Positions 25,547 through 38,664 of a stretch of DNA of 64,000 nt are shown one piece after another. The first letter of the stretch is position 1. Each line of letters begins with the position of its first letter. The DNA lies in contig NC_042997.1 of NCBI RefSeq assembly GCF_006345805.1, forward strand, positions 207,638,001 to 207,702,000. Direction: 5' to 3'. The DNA comes from Octopus sinensis. Lineage: Eukaryota. The notes beneath the pieces are model-generated. The model ran no database searches. It saw only the letters and a list, made by a program, of their open reading frames with translations, and was not told the origin of the DNA. The position numbers were made by a program, and so were the translations under genes.

Positions 25547-27234
25547 TTGTGCTGGATGTTTGTAGCAGAGATCATATACTGCAAAATGTGAAGTTAGATG
25601 TTCAACCATTCTGGGAACCATCTGAAGAAAATACCATTTCAAGCCAGCAAGTCCATGACTATTCACTACCTTCCAAGTTCCATCTGAATTTCTTAAAGAA
25701 ACATAAAATCATAGTTAATGACCAATTAAAGAAATGGGCTGAAGTAATTTGGAAAGATTCCAAGTTTAATAAACTGAAATTAAAATATTCTGAAGAAAAT
25801 TTTAAGAAAATTGAACAGTGTTTGAAAGATTTATTAAATTCCATTACTATTGAAACTATTGATGTTCCAAATGATATTTTTGAGGACATTGTTAGAACAT
25901 TTAAAAGTGAAGCCGACCAAAGGTATTTTTATTTTGATAACCGGAATTTCCAAGCTCATATTTTGGGATTTAATACAAGTTTTGTGATTAAAATGAAAAA
26001 CAGACTTTTGGATAATCTTAGAAAGAAATGTGAGTATGATTTAAATATTCACGAAAGACGTATTCTATCTGGTCTCAGATTTCGTGAGCAGGCAGAAAGA
26101 CAATCTGAAGATCTAAAAGTCAGAATTTATGGTAACAAAGTTATTTTTGAAGGCCACACTTCGAAAATAGCTAAATGTCAAAAGGATATGAATAAAATAC
26201 TTCATGATTAAAATGAAAAACAGACTTTTGGATAATCTTAGAAAGAAATGTGAGTATGATTTAAATATTCACGAAAGACGTATTCTATCTGGTCTCAGAT
26301 TTCGTGAGCAGGCAGAAGAAAGCAATCTGAAGATCTAAAAGTCAGAATTTATGGTAACAAAGTTATTTTTGAAGGCCAACTGGGTTTGCCTTTAAATACT
26401 GGAATGATCATAAATAAAAAACCAGTGAAAGAATATCTTGATGAAAACTGAGAAACAAGAAATGTATCGGTTCATGGGAAACGGGTGATGGTGATCAGTA
26501 ATACTTTATGCAAGTGATAAAACACATCTTTCACTTTTGGAAGAAATCATGAAGAAACTTTTGTTGCCAATACACTGGATTTTGTAGACAAAATTAAGGA
26601 TACTCCAAATCATGTAAAGTGGCTGACATTAGTTAAAAGTGTAAAAGCAGAGTTTCCAGATTTCCATTTTATTGGAGAAAATTCTATTGTTGCTGTTGAT
26701 GTTGTAGTTAATGATATAAAAAGCAAAATTGATAACTTTAAGCAATCTTTAACTTATGAATCTTATATATCGATGAATCTTGCACATTTCCTCTTTCTTA
26801 AAGAGTTCAAAGATCAGGAAATCAATGACTTTAGTGAGAAAAATAAAATTAAGAATGTGTGTCTCAAAGATAATAAGTTACAACTGGAAGGAACACAAAA
26901 CCAAATTAGGAAAATGGAAACATTTATAGAAAACTTAAGAAAAGATATCAGCTCAAAAGAAGAAAACTTTGAAATGTTTGGATTTCAAGAATTTCTGGAA
27001 AATGAAGGAAAGAATTTCTTATGTGAAATGCAGAAGCAATCTGAGAGCATAATATCATTAAATTCAGATTTAGGAAGTGAAACAGATGAAATAGTTAATG
27101 TTAAGTATAAGAACTGTGAAATAGTGTTGAAGGAAGGTGACATCACGACTCTGGACACAGATGCTATTGTTAATGCTGCAAATAGCAGACTGGAACACAG
27201 GGTGGGGTGGGTTGCAGCCCCATTGTGCAGAAAG
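25547..27234 (+). CDS. PARP14: PARP14/15-like large exon: RRM end, KH-like region, start of macro1 (internal duplication and frameshifts as assembled)
   Basis: Acceptor tttag then VLDVCSRDHILQNVKLDVQPFW; ends EGDITTLDTDAIVNAANSRLEH..IVQK with donor GTTAGT at 27235. Open 25547-26208 and about 26557-27200. Confidence 0.8.
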
Positions 27235-28099
27235 GTTAGTAATACCATTTTTTATAGTTAATGTTTCTTTTTAGATCCAAGTGTGGTTGAGAAGCTTGCT
27301 TCCTGACCTTGTTTTTCAGGTTCAATTCCACTCACAGCATTTTGACAAGTGTCTTCTGTTATAGGTCAATGGTTGGCCAAAGCCTTGGGAGTGGATTTCG
27401 TTGATAGAAACTGAAAGAAGCTCATCATTTATACATACATGTGTGTGTGTGGGGTTGGGTTAGGGTTAGGATTAGTAGCAGGTGTTGACAGCACACGATG
27501 GTTGTAAATCACCATCACAAGTGATGTTGTGTCTTTTCCAGTTTTCCATGAAAAACATGTCTGACCATGGGGAAAATATTCCCTCATTTGGAAACATGTG
27601 ACACTTGGCTACAAAAAGGACACCCAACCATGAACATTAAATTATGGTGGACAGACACACACACTCACACAAGATAGTGTGCATTAGCTTCATATACATA
27701 CACATGTACACACCAACACACATGAACACACACACACATAAACCGAAAGCATGGACATACATACACACATGCATAGATACTCATACACATGCACAAATTC
27801 ATAGAGTATATATATGTACGCATTAGTCTCATACACACGTATGCTCACCTACATGCCAGGTTCATAGTTGTCTCCCTTGTCACTCGTACCTCAAGTCAGC
27901 ACTCATAGATGTCTCCCTAGGTTGCCAGAGCCACTGACACCCTTCAGCAACCTCTTCCTCCTCCTCCCATCATTTCAGCTTGTAGTCACACTCTGACACA
28001 CGTTTCTTCTTTTTCTCTCTCTCTTCTAGTCTTTCTCTTTCTGTCAAAGAGTAGGCTCAAAATGTTAAACACTTCCTATTTTCTCTAAGCATAAAGTTG

Positions 28100-28380
28100 A
28101 TACACTTCTGCTGTGGAGGAGAGATCTTCTTGAGCACAGCAAGGCACCAGATATCTCAGTCCTTTGGCATCTCATCCTCAAGGGTCACCATTCAGGGGTT
28201 CTCCTTCAGTACTTCGTCCTCTGTTTTCCTGGGTCTCCCTCTTCCACAAGCCTCAACCACTTTGAATGTACGGCACTTCTTCGTGGAGCTGTCAGCATCC
28301 ATCCATATCACATGAGCAAACCAGTACTGTCTTCTCTCGCAGACTGCAACCAGTTCTTCTTCTGACGAACTCCTCTCTCA
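28100..28380 (-). mobile_element. RTE 3' ORF fragment
   Basis: CSLRE..KKCR..CGRGRPRKT-like remnant on the minus strand. Confidence 0.65.
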
Positions 28381-28582
28381 ATACACAAACACTCTGTTGC
28401 ATATACATACATATACACATGTGTGTGTGTGTGTGTGTGTACAAGTAATGTATTATATAATTAAAATGTAATATATATATTGATATAATATAACAATATA
28501 TATCTATAATAATATATAAATATATATTAACATATATTAACATGTATTAAACAAGAACATAAGAATGCAAATATCTTTGCAG

Positions 28583-28831
28583 GTGGGTTTGGAATTCAAG
28601 CTGAATCCAGTAAAATTATGAAACAAAGAAGGAGTGAACTGAAAACTGGAGAAGTAGTGTCAACTAATGCTGGTAGACTCAAATGCAAGACTATCATTCA
28701 TGCTGTTGGACCCGTTTGGAATAATGGACGAACCCATGAAGTTTTTCACCTTTCAAGAGCTGTTCAAAATTGTTTGGCATTTCTTGAAGCAAAGTCTTAT
28801 ACATCAATTGCAATTCCTGCCATCAGTACAG
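28583..28831 (+). CDS. PARP14: PARP14-like exon, macro1 core
   Basis: tttgcag|GT GGG..: GGFGIQAES..AGRLKCKTIIHAVGPVW..SIAIPAIST G|gtaag; 249 nt, phase 1 to 1. Confidence 0.92.
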
Positions 28832-29984
28832 GTAAGAATTTACCATTTTTATTCTGTTCAAATTATTTGGTATAGAAATAGTAATTACAATATTTAGTCT
28901 ATAGTAAGGCAACTATCCCTCTATTCTAACCTCTCCCCTGGCACCCATCCACTTCCCTTGGTTTCACTCCCAGTCTCAACTAAAAGTCTTTGTCTTGCAA
29001 GTAACTTGGCAACTCCACTTTTTACGTGACAGCAGCACCTGTGATGGTGTCACATAAAAAGCACCCAGTGCATTCTCTAAAGTGGTTGGCATTCTGTAAA
29101 GGAAGGGCATCCAACCATAGAACCTATACCAAAAGAGAAAATTGGTACCTGGGCAGCTCTCCGGCCTTGCCAGCATCGAAAACAGATGTGAAATGATGAT
29201 GATATTATATATATATATATTATATATATATTATGTAGAAGATGTAGCAATATGGTTAAAAGGTTGATGTTCCACATGATTTCTGGTTCAGTTCCATGGC
29301 AAGGTATTTGGGTGAGTCGTTTATTTATAGACCTGGGTTGGCCAAAGCCTTCTCAGTCGGATTTGGTGGACGGGAATTGAAAAGAGGCTGTTGTGGCACA
29401 GCTGACATTCTAGAGGTACAGTATTTGTGTTGTTGTGTGAGGGTGTGGCAGTCCTGGCACCCAAGCAGACGACTCTTCTCTGCCAACAATATATGAGTGC
29501 TTTTATGCACCAGACATCCATATGAGATGTCCTCTCACGTTAAATAACGCAGTATTTGATGCTCAAACAGCATCCACATTTAGTTGGATATAAAAATTGC
29601 CTGTTGGTATTACTATTGCTTCTGTTGCTATTAATTCTTTTTCATAGGCTTGTGGCTATTGCTAATCAGTGCCTTAACAGATACTGAAATTCTATACATC
29701 GTCAATAGATTTGGCTGTTATGTCACCACTAGATGTCTTTCTACTGAAGAGTCAGGCAGGATGAAATCATGTCATCTGGCAGTAAATAGTGATCGTAGCA
29801 GATGGTTCGTCGCCTGTTAAAAATATAAATATGAGTGCTTTATGCACCCAGGGCCCTGTGGAATTCCTCTGAGGTAAATAATGCAGTTCTCTCTGTTCTA
29901 ACATGACCTTTATGTTAAGTTGGATAATAAAGATTGCTTTTCATATTAATGCTGCTTTTGTCAATAATAATATGTATACGTAAA

Positions 29985-30293
29985 AAGCACTATATCCGAC
30001 TCGTGGCCGATGCCAGCACCCGCCTCGACTGGCTTCGTGCCGGTGGCACATAACACACCAATCCGACCGTGGCCGTTGCCAGCCTCGCCTGGCACCTGTG
30101 CAGGTGGCACGTAAAAAGCACCCACTACACTCACGGAGTGGTTGGCGTTAGGAAGGGCATCCAGCTGTAGAAACATTGCCAGATAAGACTGGAGCCTGGT
30201 ACAGCCTTCTGGCTTCCTAGATCCCCGGTCGAACCGTCCAACCCATGCTAGCATGGAGAACGGACGTTAAACGATGATGATGATGATGATGAT
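29985..30293 (+). mobile_element. RTE 3' tail
   Basis: gtggttggcgttaggaagggcatccagctgtag..ggacgttaaacgatgatgat. Confidence 0.85.
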
Positions 30294-30319
30294 GAATATA
30301 TATATATAATATATATATA

Positions 30320-31150
30320 TGGCTGTCCACTCATGACCGAGGAAGACCTTTGCTGACCTTTAGGTACATTGTGCACTCTAGGACTAACGTATATTTTGCA
30401 TTTGCGGCCCCAGTGATGGCTAATGTGCCCTGCTCTTGACAAGCATACACGACTGCAAACATTGCAAGCCAAGGTGTCCCCATTCACTACACCAGCTGTA
30501 CACTTTCGAGCAGCATGCTTAAGTTCTTCATGCTGAATACATGCTCTCTCAAAAGTGTTGACCCACACCTCCTTAACCTGCTTCCTCCATCTTTGGTGAT
30601 GACAGGCATTGTTCTCCCAGTTAGTCTCCTATTTATCACAGGTTTTTAATGAGGACTTCACACAGTCCTTAAATCGCAGCCTTGGTTTCTACCGGGGTCT
30701 TTTTCCATTCTCAAGTTCCCCATATAGCATCTGCTTAGGGATCCTGCAATTCTTCATTCTAATAAGGTGTCCAGTCCAACATAACCTATTTCTTTACTAC
30801 CCACAAGGGGCTAAACACAGAGAGGACGAACAAGGACAGACAAACGGATTAAGTCGATCATATCGACCCCAGTGCGTAACTGTACTTATTTAATCGACCC
30901 CGAAAAGATGAAAGGCAAAGTCGACCTTGGCGGAATTTGAACTCAGAACATAACGGCAGACGAAATACCGCTAAGCATTTCGCCCGGCGCGCTAACGTTT
31001 CTGCCAGCTCGCCAGTCCAACATAACCACTGCTTGTGTACCATTGCCTCAATACTCGAGATATCAACTGGTCCTCGGGACCTGTTTGTCTGGAGTTTGTA
31101 AGGTCCAGCCAACATTCAGAATATGTTTGAGATATGCTGTGTGTTTCTTT
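30320..31150 (-). mobile_element. BovB-like RTE C-terminal fragment interrupted by a SINE
   Basis: WLCWTGHLIRMKNCRIPKQMLYGELENGKRP..PRLRFKD..CNVCSRVCLSRAGHISH. Confidence 0.8.
30787..31011 (-). mobile_element. Full-length tRNA-type SINE with 16-bp TSD
   Basis: TSD ccagtccaacataacc at 30771-30786 and 31012-31027. Same family as 47040-47470 and the 24.8-kb array. Confidence 0.85.
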
Positions 31151-31537
31151 CGATAACTTCAAATATAACAAAGAATTTAGTAAAATAACTTAGTTATCAT
31201 TAAGCTAGTGTTAGGATCACAAATTGTGACTTAGTTTTGGTAAAAAATTGTAATTCAAAACTTATGAAAACAAGACATTTGTACTCAGATCCAGAGCTGG
31301 TTTCAGCCAGGTTGGTAGTGAAAAGGGTTAAGCTTATATAAAAATACCATTATTATTATTTACAGGATTGTAAAATACGGCATCAAAACAAAACCATATA
31401 TAACAAAACCATTTTCAGATGAATATGGTACTTAAGTTGAAGGCACCAGAATTTACTATGGTATTATCCATACAATTTAAAATACAGACCCATCTTCATC
31501 TTTTGTTTTTTGTAAATTCTCATATATATATATATAT

Positions 31538-31990
31538 AGGCGCAGGAGTGGCTATGTGTGGTAAGTAGCTTGTTTATCAACCACATGGTTACCGTGGTTC
31601 AGTCCCACTGCGTTGCACCTTGGGCAAGTGTCTTCCACTATAGCCTCGGGCGCGACCAAAGCCCTGTTGAGTGAGATTTGGTTAGACGGAAACTGAAGAA
31701 GCGTCGTATATATATATATATATATTATAATATATAATAATATATCTATATAATGGTGTGGGTGTTGTGGTTTGTGTGGTCTGTGTTTGTCCCCCTAGCA
31801 TTGCTTGACAACCGATGTGGTTTTGTGGTTAGTGTCCCCATTACTTAGCGGTTCGGCAAAAAAAGGGCCGATTAGAATAAGTACGGGTCTTAAAAAAGAA
31901 TAAGTCCCGGGGTCTCGAGTTACTGATTAAAGGCGGTCTCCAGATGGCCGCGTCAATGACTGAAACAAGTAAAATGAGGTAAAGAGTATA
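31538..31990 (+). mobile_element. Second SINE family, near full length (other copies at about 16415, 27285, 29250, 33120)
   Basis: ggcgcaggagtggct..gtggtaagtagcttg..ggttcagtcccactgcg..accttgggcaagtgtcttc. Many small indels. Confidence 0.75.
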
Positions 31991-32824
31991 TATATACACC
32001 ACACCACAACGTGGTTCGTGTGGTGCAGCGTATCTATATATATATATATATATAGATATATCTAATATATTATCTATATATATATAATATTACATAATAT
32101 GTGTTGTGTGTATATATATATATATATATATATACATATATATGTGTGGTGTTGTGTTTGTGTGTGCATATGCAGATTCTGTGAAAAAAGTTTTACTTTC
32201 CCTACGCTCATTAGAGTAATTTCGTTCCTTCAACAGTTTTGTCCATGTTTTGTTGTTTTCACAATGAGACCCAGTATTTTTTCAATGGCATTATTTTGTG
32301 TTTTGTTAGAATTAACGTGATGAGATGCATGTGTGTGTGAGTAGATTTCAGCTCTCTGACAATCCGAAACTCTGAGTCTTTATAACAAACAGCCACAACT
32401 AGTTGTCACATATTACTACATAATAATGTGTGTGTGTGTGGTGTGTGACTGGTATTATTATTATTATTGTTTATTTTTTAAATATTTTTTTAATGAACAC
32501 ACAAAGAAAAGAAAGTGGTCAACAAGAGAGAAACAAAGTTAGTTCTTATTAATACCATTGTAATTAATGGGGGTAAAGACCCCACTCCCGGCCATCAATG
32601 CCATGGTATTGCACCTAGAAACTTCCCCTCTGTCTATTAAAGAATCTTCTTCTAAATGATGGAATTGTATTGTTTCTTGGTATTGCAGCTGATAAATTTG
32701 CAGCTGATAAATTACTGCAATAATATCAGCTGAAATTACTGCAATAATATCACAGGTTAATTATATATATTTTGAGTAAGAACATTTGTTGGATTAAATA
32801 TGTTGTATATTTTATTTATAACAG

Positions 32825-33002
32825 GTATTTTTGGTATACCCATAGAGAAGGAACCAAATGTACAGTACAACGATAAAGAATTATCTTGATACTCACACAA
32901 ATTCTAAAATAAAGCATATTTGTCTGATTGACGTACGGAAGGAAGTAATCAGAGCTTTTAAGCTTCATCTAGAAACGGTGTTTGGAATCAGTGAAAGCAG
33001 AG
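32825..33002 (+). CDS. PARP14: PARP14-like exon, macro1 C-terminus (indels near the 5' end)
   Basis: ataacag|GT ATT TTT GGT completes STGIFG; then TTIKNYLDTHTNSKIKHICLIDVRKEVIRAFK..ESR G|gtagg. Length 178 nt is not a multiple of 3. Confidence 0.8.
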
Positions 33003-33714
33003 GTAGGACTTGTTATTTGTTTGATATTTTAGTGAAAATTTAAATGATTTATTTCAGGTGTTAATTATGATTTTTTCCTCCTCCTTCAGTCAACTTTTAT
33101 CTGATTCCTATTATTGGTTTATGGGCACAGCCATGGATTTGTGGTTAAAAAGATTAATTTCTAACCATGTTGATTCCCAATGTAAGGCAACTCAAGAAAA
33201 TATCTTCTAGTATGGCCCTGAGCCAACCAAAGCCTTGTCAACTGGTTTGGGAGATGGAAACTGATACAAGGGCCCCTCATATATGTACTGTGTGTGTTTG
33301 TACTCTTGTCTTGACATCATGTGATGGCTGTAAACGAGCATCCCCAGCATACAAGTGAGGTTGTTTGTTTCCTGTCTTCTGTGGAAACCATGTCTGGCCA
33401 GGGGGAAATATTACCTTGCTTGGAAACAGGTGAGGGTCAGCATCAGGAAGAGCATCCAGCTATAGAAAGTCTGCCTCAATAAACTAATCTGACCCATGCA
33501 AGCAGGGAACAATGGATGTGAAAACAAGGATGATGAAGATGTTTAATTTATTGCGGTTGATAAAATACTCTTGTCTCACTCTGTGAATCCTGTCTTGTAT
33601 AACTAACGAAGGATAATTATAATTATTTATCTGATACATTGTAAACATGACTATTGTTCATATTCTAATTAATACGAAGTTATAAATTGTCCAAAACAAA
33701 AAAATAGACATTGG

Positions 33715-35402
33715 AGAGTGATCAAATTGTTGGATCAGGTGATGAAAGTCATGGAGAGGGTCATAGCCCAACTAATTAGGGAGAGAGTTAGTTTAGACGA
33801 GATGCAGTTTGGGTTTGTACCAGGGAGAAGCACCACCAACGTTATATTTCTGGTAAGACAGCTGCGGGAAATAAACCTCTGTACCTAGCCAAAGATAAAC
33901 CTCTGTACTTGGCCTTCATTGACATAAAGAAAGCTTTTGACAGAGTTCCCCGATCCCTTATCTAGAGGTCACTGCAGAAACTAGGGATAAATGAAAGGTT
34001 GGTGAGAGCTGTTCAATCCATGTACAGGGGTGCTGTCAGTAAGTTGAGGGTTGGCAAGAAGTACAGTGAAAAATTTCGGGTAGAAGTAGAGGTTCACCTC
34101 AGCCCCCTCTTATTCATCATAGTCCTCCAAGCAGTAACCAAGGAATTCAAGATAGGCTGCCCCTGGGAGCTCCTCTAAGCTGATGACTTTCCTCTAATAG
34201 CTGATTGACTATCAGAACTAAAGAAGTTTCAGGCATGGAAGCAAGGTCTAGAATCAAAGGGCCTTAGAGTTGATCTAGAAAAAAAAACAAAGTTTTAGTA
34301 AGTAGGAAGGTTGACATATCACGAATTCCTTCAGGTGGGTGGCCCTGCTTGATCTGCAGAGAAGGTGTATGTAGAAACTCCATAAGATAAACCCAGTGCA
34401 AACTATGGACACATAAGAGGTGCAGCAATGTAAAAGGTAGGTTAACCGGGAAGATAGTTGTTGTGTGTGGCAGATGTATAGGTACAATAAGCACTAGAAA
34501 TGTACAGAAAATAAACTCCATCAAATGTCTGTGAGGGGGACCTAGAAGTAGTTGACAGCTTCTGCTATCTAGGTGAACAAATTAGCAGTGGAAGTGGATG
34601 CTCCAAGAGCATAGGTGCAAGAATAAGATTAGGTTGGGCAAAGTTCAGAGAGCTTTTACCTTTGTTGGTAATGAAGAGCCTCTCCCTCAGAGTGAAAGGT
34701 AGACTGTACGATACCTGTGTGCAAACAGCCATGCTATACGACAGTGAAACATGGGTTGTGGCTGCAGAGGACATGCAAAGGCTTGAAAGAAATGAAACTA
34801 GTCTGCTTCACTGGATGTGCAATGTCAGTGTGCATGTATGGCAGAGTGTAAGCATCTGGAGAGAAAAATGGTGCACAATAGGTATCAGATGTGGTGTGCA
34901 AGAGAGAAGACTGCACTGTAGAGGGGACATGTGGAAGAGATCGACCCAAGATAGACAAGGGACGAGGTGGTGAAGAATGATCCTCAAACATTGGGCCTCA
35001 TGGTGGCTATGACTAGTGGCTGAGACCTTTGGCAATATTCTGTGCTTAAGAAGACCCATCGAGCCAAGTGAAATTGTAGTTGTGGCTGATGCCAGTGTTA
35101 TGTAAAAAGTATCTTACAAACTTTGGGTCACACAGAGGTGATAAGTTTCTGAGACCCCTGGCAATTTACCATGCTTGAGAAGACTCATCAAACCAAGTAA
35201 AATCATAGACGATGCTGGTGTCACATAAAAAGCACCCATTTCACTCTTGGAGTGGCTGGCATATGGAAAGGCATCCAGCTGTAGAAACTGTGTCAAATCT
35301 GACTGGAACCTGGTGCAGCTCTCCAGCCTATCAGTTTCAGTCAAACCGTCCAACCCATGCCAGCATGGAAAGTGGATGTTAAATGACGATGATGATGATG
35401 AT
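33715..35402 (+). mobile_element. Decayed RTE LINE (RT to 3' tail)
   Basis: IKLLDQVMKVMERVIAQLIRERVSLDEMQFGFVPG..KGRLYDTCVQTAMLYDSETW; (GAT)n tail at about 35390. Confidence 0.9.
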
Positions 35403-36059
35403 TTACATTTTCTACTAATAATTCTTTAGAGAGAAATTTCTTGAAATAAGTGTTTTATTTTGTTATGTCCAATAATGTTGAACCAAGAGTTATAGCGTTG
35501 CCTGACTCTAAAGTATTTACGAGAGGCCATTTAGCTCTGGAAGCCTTCTTCAACCGAACAACCAAGTTTCTTTCCTTGAACAGGTTCCCCTCTTAGAAAT
35601 TACTTATCACATGACCATCAGCCTGAGTCATGTGATGTGGTAAGCATGTACATTGTGTGTAGCAGACAACACTGCCATATGAGTGATATATACACGAAAG
35701 ACAAATTATAAGAAAGGTTTTAAAATGCACCATATATACATACACACACACACACACATATATATAGATATCCTTAATAAAAATTTCAAAGACTACATGT
35801 TTATTATGGACTTCTGGTCACACATGTGCAATGATATACAGCAACTAGCCTGAGCATTACCTGCACCATACATACACATGTGTGTCCCAATGAATTTCTT
35901 TCGTCATAATTTAAAGAAAAGCATACTTATTTAATGAGATTTTCTATAAAGATGCTTCAGATGGTATAAATTCCAATTCTATTGGAATTTGTTGTAAAAA
36001 AAACATCTTTCAAAACAAATATCTGACATGTATCAGTATTTATGTCTGCAATTTTTATT

Positions 36060-37005
36060 TTCATCCGTATCTCTATTTATTATTATTATTTATTAATTAT
36101 TATTATTCTGATCCCCCTAGTCGCCACTCTGTTTACTATTTCAGCCTCGCCTTGTTTTTGCATATTCTGTATAATTCACTCGTTATCGTTATAGATATTT
36201 AAGATCTATCTCCCTTACAGGGCTGATTAGAAATTGGCTGCCGGTTCTTCGCGGGGTTTCTCTACCCCTCTTTTTACATTGTCTGTCTGGACTCCTCTTC
36301 CTACTCCTCGACATGGCTATGCATACTTAAGCTAGTAACCTGCCTCATTCTTGATTCCGAATTCCTTTTGCCAAGTCTGTCCGTAAACGAAGTGATCCCA
36401 AGATAAGAAATCTTTGAACTTTAATTCATCCGTATCTCTATTTATTATTATTATTTATTAATTATTATTATTCTGATCCCCCTAGTCGCCACTCTGTTTA
36501 CTATTTCAGCCTCGCCTCGTTTTTGCATATTCTGTATAATTCACTAGTTATCGTTATAGATATTTAAGATCTATCTCCCTTACAGGGCTGATTAGAAATT
36601 GGCTGCCGGTTCTTTGCGGCGCGCCCGCCCTACCCTCCCCCACCACCAATACCGGATATCTCTATTTTGCTCCAACTATACCGGATGTCGTTTCTCCCAC
36701 CATTATAGGTGTCTACTCTTTGAACCCCTCTCTTCAATACGCTATTTCACCATGCATTACCCCTCTCTCGATATCCTACGTTCTACTTGCCTAGAACCTG
36801 TCCTCTGAACCACCCCTCCCACTGGTGCTCCCCTATATTTCTGCACCCCCCCACCACCATTATAGGTGTCTACTCTTTGAACCCCCCTCTTCAATACGCT
36901 ATTTCACCATGCATTACCCCTCTCTCGATATCCTACGTTCTACTTGCCTATTACCTGTCCTCTGAACCACCCCTCCCACTGGTGCTCCTCTATATTTCTG
37001 CACCC
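36060..37005. repeat. Two local direct duplications (about 190 bp at offset 365; about 140 bp at offset about 159)
   Basis: ttcatccgtatctct..ggctgccggttc at 36060 and 36425; ccaccattataggtgtctac..ggtgctcc at 36698 and 36857. Confidence 0.85.
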
Positions 37006-38018
37006 CCCCCATAAAAAAAAGCACCATCTGAACGTGGCCGATGCCAGACCCCTCTGGCACCTGTGCAGGTGGCACGTAAAAAACACCCACTACACTCGCG
37101 GAGTGGTTGGCGTTAGGAAGGGCATCCAGCTGTAGAAACACTGCCAGACTAGACTGGAGCCTGGGGCAGTCCCGAGCTCTCCAGACCCCGGTCGAAACCG
37201 TCCAACCCGTGCTAGCGCGGAAAACGGACGTTAAACGATGATGATGATGATGATGATGATGATATCAAATTCCAATATTATCGTAATTTACAGACTCTTA
37301 AAGGTATTTGTGAAAATTTTCATTTAAAAATAACCATTTTCCCAAAAGTTCTCATCATCATCATCTTTTAACGTCTGTTTTCCATGCTAGCATGGGTTGG
37401 AAGGTTCAGCTGGTGTCTGGGAGGCCAGGAGGCTGTACCAGGCTCCAGTCTGATCTGGCAGTGATTCTACAGCTGGATGTCCTTCCTAATGCCAACAACT
37501 CCGTGAGTGTACTGGGGGCTTTTTACGTACCACTGGCACAGGGGCCAGAGGAGGCTGGCAACGGCCATGATCGGTTGGTGCTTTTTACGTGCCCAAAGGA
37601 ACCAAATTGACTGGTGTGAATTTTCTGAAACTCCTCTCTCCACTTCCTCAAAAACATTTTTTTCACAACAAATTCCGAACTTACTGGAATCTACACCATC
37701 TGAAGCCTGTTTTAATAAATGTTTTAAGAAAAAAAGGAGGAGGAAGATCACATTTTACTAACCAGTTTCACTGTTTGCAGACTCTGAAAGTTTCAAGGTA
37801 TGTTCTTCAATGTATTTTTAGTCCATGTGGTAGAAGAAACAGATGGAAATAATGTTATATAGCCTTGTCGCTATATAAAAGGTGGGGGGGGGGGTGACTA
37901 CAAGTTAGTACGTATTCTCTTGCTAAATCATATTTTCAGAAAGGAATATCATTATTATTTATATGGAATAAAGAAGTTCTTTTAAGAGAGAGAAGAATGT
38001 TTAATTGTTTATTTTCAG

Positions 38019-38155
38019 AAACCCCATCATCAAACCCATCCCTTCCTGATCCACGACAGAAAGCAACCCCTATGACACCCAGAACTAATGTGACATCCAG
38101 AGAAAATGCTGGCATCAAAATACAACTGATGACTGGTTCAATTTCTAATGTATCT
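38019..38155 (+). CDS. PARP14: PARP14-like exon, linker plus macro2 start (module A exon 1)
   Basis: ttttcag|AA ACC..ETPSSNP..GIKIQLMTGSISNVS|gtgagt; 137 nt, phase 1 to 0. Confidence 0.88.
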
Positions 38156-38436
38156 GTGAGTAAATAGATTCATGTAACTTATTTATATTTAATTGTTATT
38201 TCATTTCCAAATGAGGAATCATTACAGTTAATTAAAACATTTTCTCAGTCAAACTCAAACATTTTATTTCCTTCACATCTGATATCTTGAGTATATCTTT
38301 TGCTAACTTTAACAACCTCAAACTTACTACAGCCATTCTGTAGAGCCTTTCTTAACAACAATATCAACTGCAACAATGTATCTCTCTTCTCTCCATGGAA
38401 TGTTCCTTAGTTGTTTACCATTAATTACTTTTGTAG

Positions 38437-38664
38437 GTTGATGTCATCGTTAACAGCACCAATAAAAACCTCCAGCTTAATGATGGTTCTATCTCCAAAT
38501 TTATTCTCAATGCTGCTGGTCCCCAGATACAAAGCGAATGTAGCCAGAAATATCCTCAAGGTATTTCTACATCTAACATAGCCATTACTAAAGGATATAA
38601 CCTCAAATGTAAGAATGTATTTCATCTGGCATTACCTCCCTGGGATGAATATCCCCCTGATTCA
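38437..38664 (+). CDS. PARP14: PARP14-like exon, macro2 core (module A exon 2)
   Basis: VDVIVNSTNKNLQLNDGSISKFILNAAGPQIQSEC..LKCKNVFHLALPPW; 228 nt, AG/GTAAGT. Confidence 0.92.

Noticed and set aside
28040-28080. Hammerhead-like ctgtcaaagagtaggctcaaaatg
   Set aside because: Both core boxes are broken, so it is too degenerate to support.
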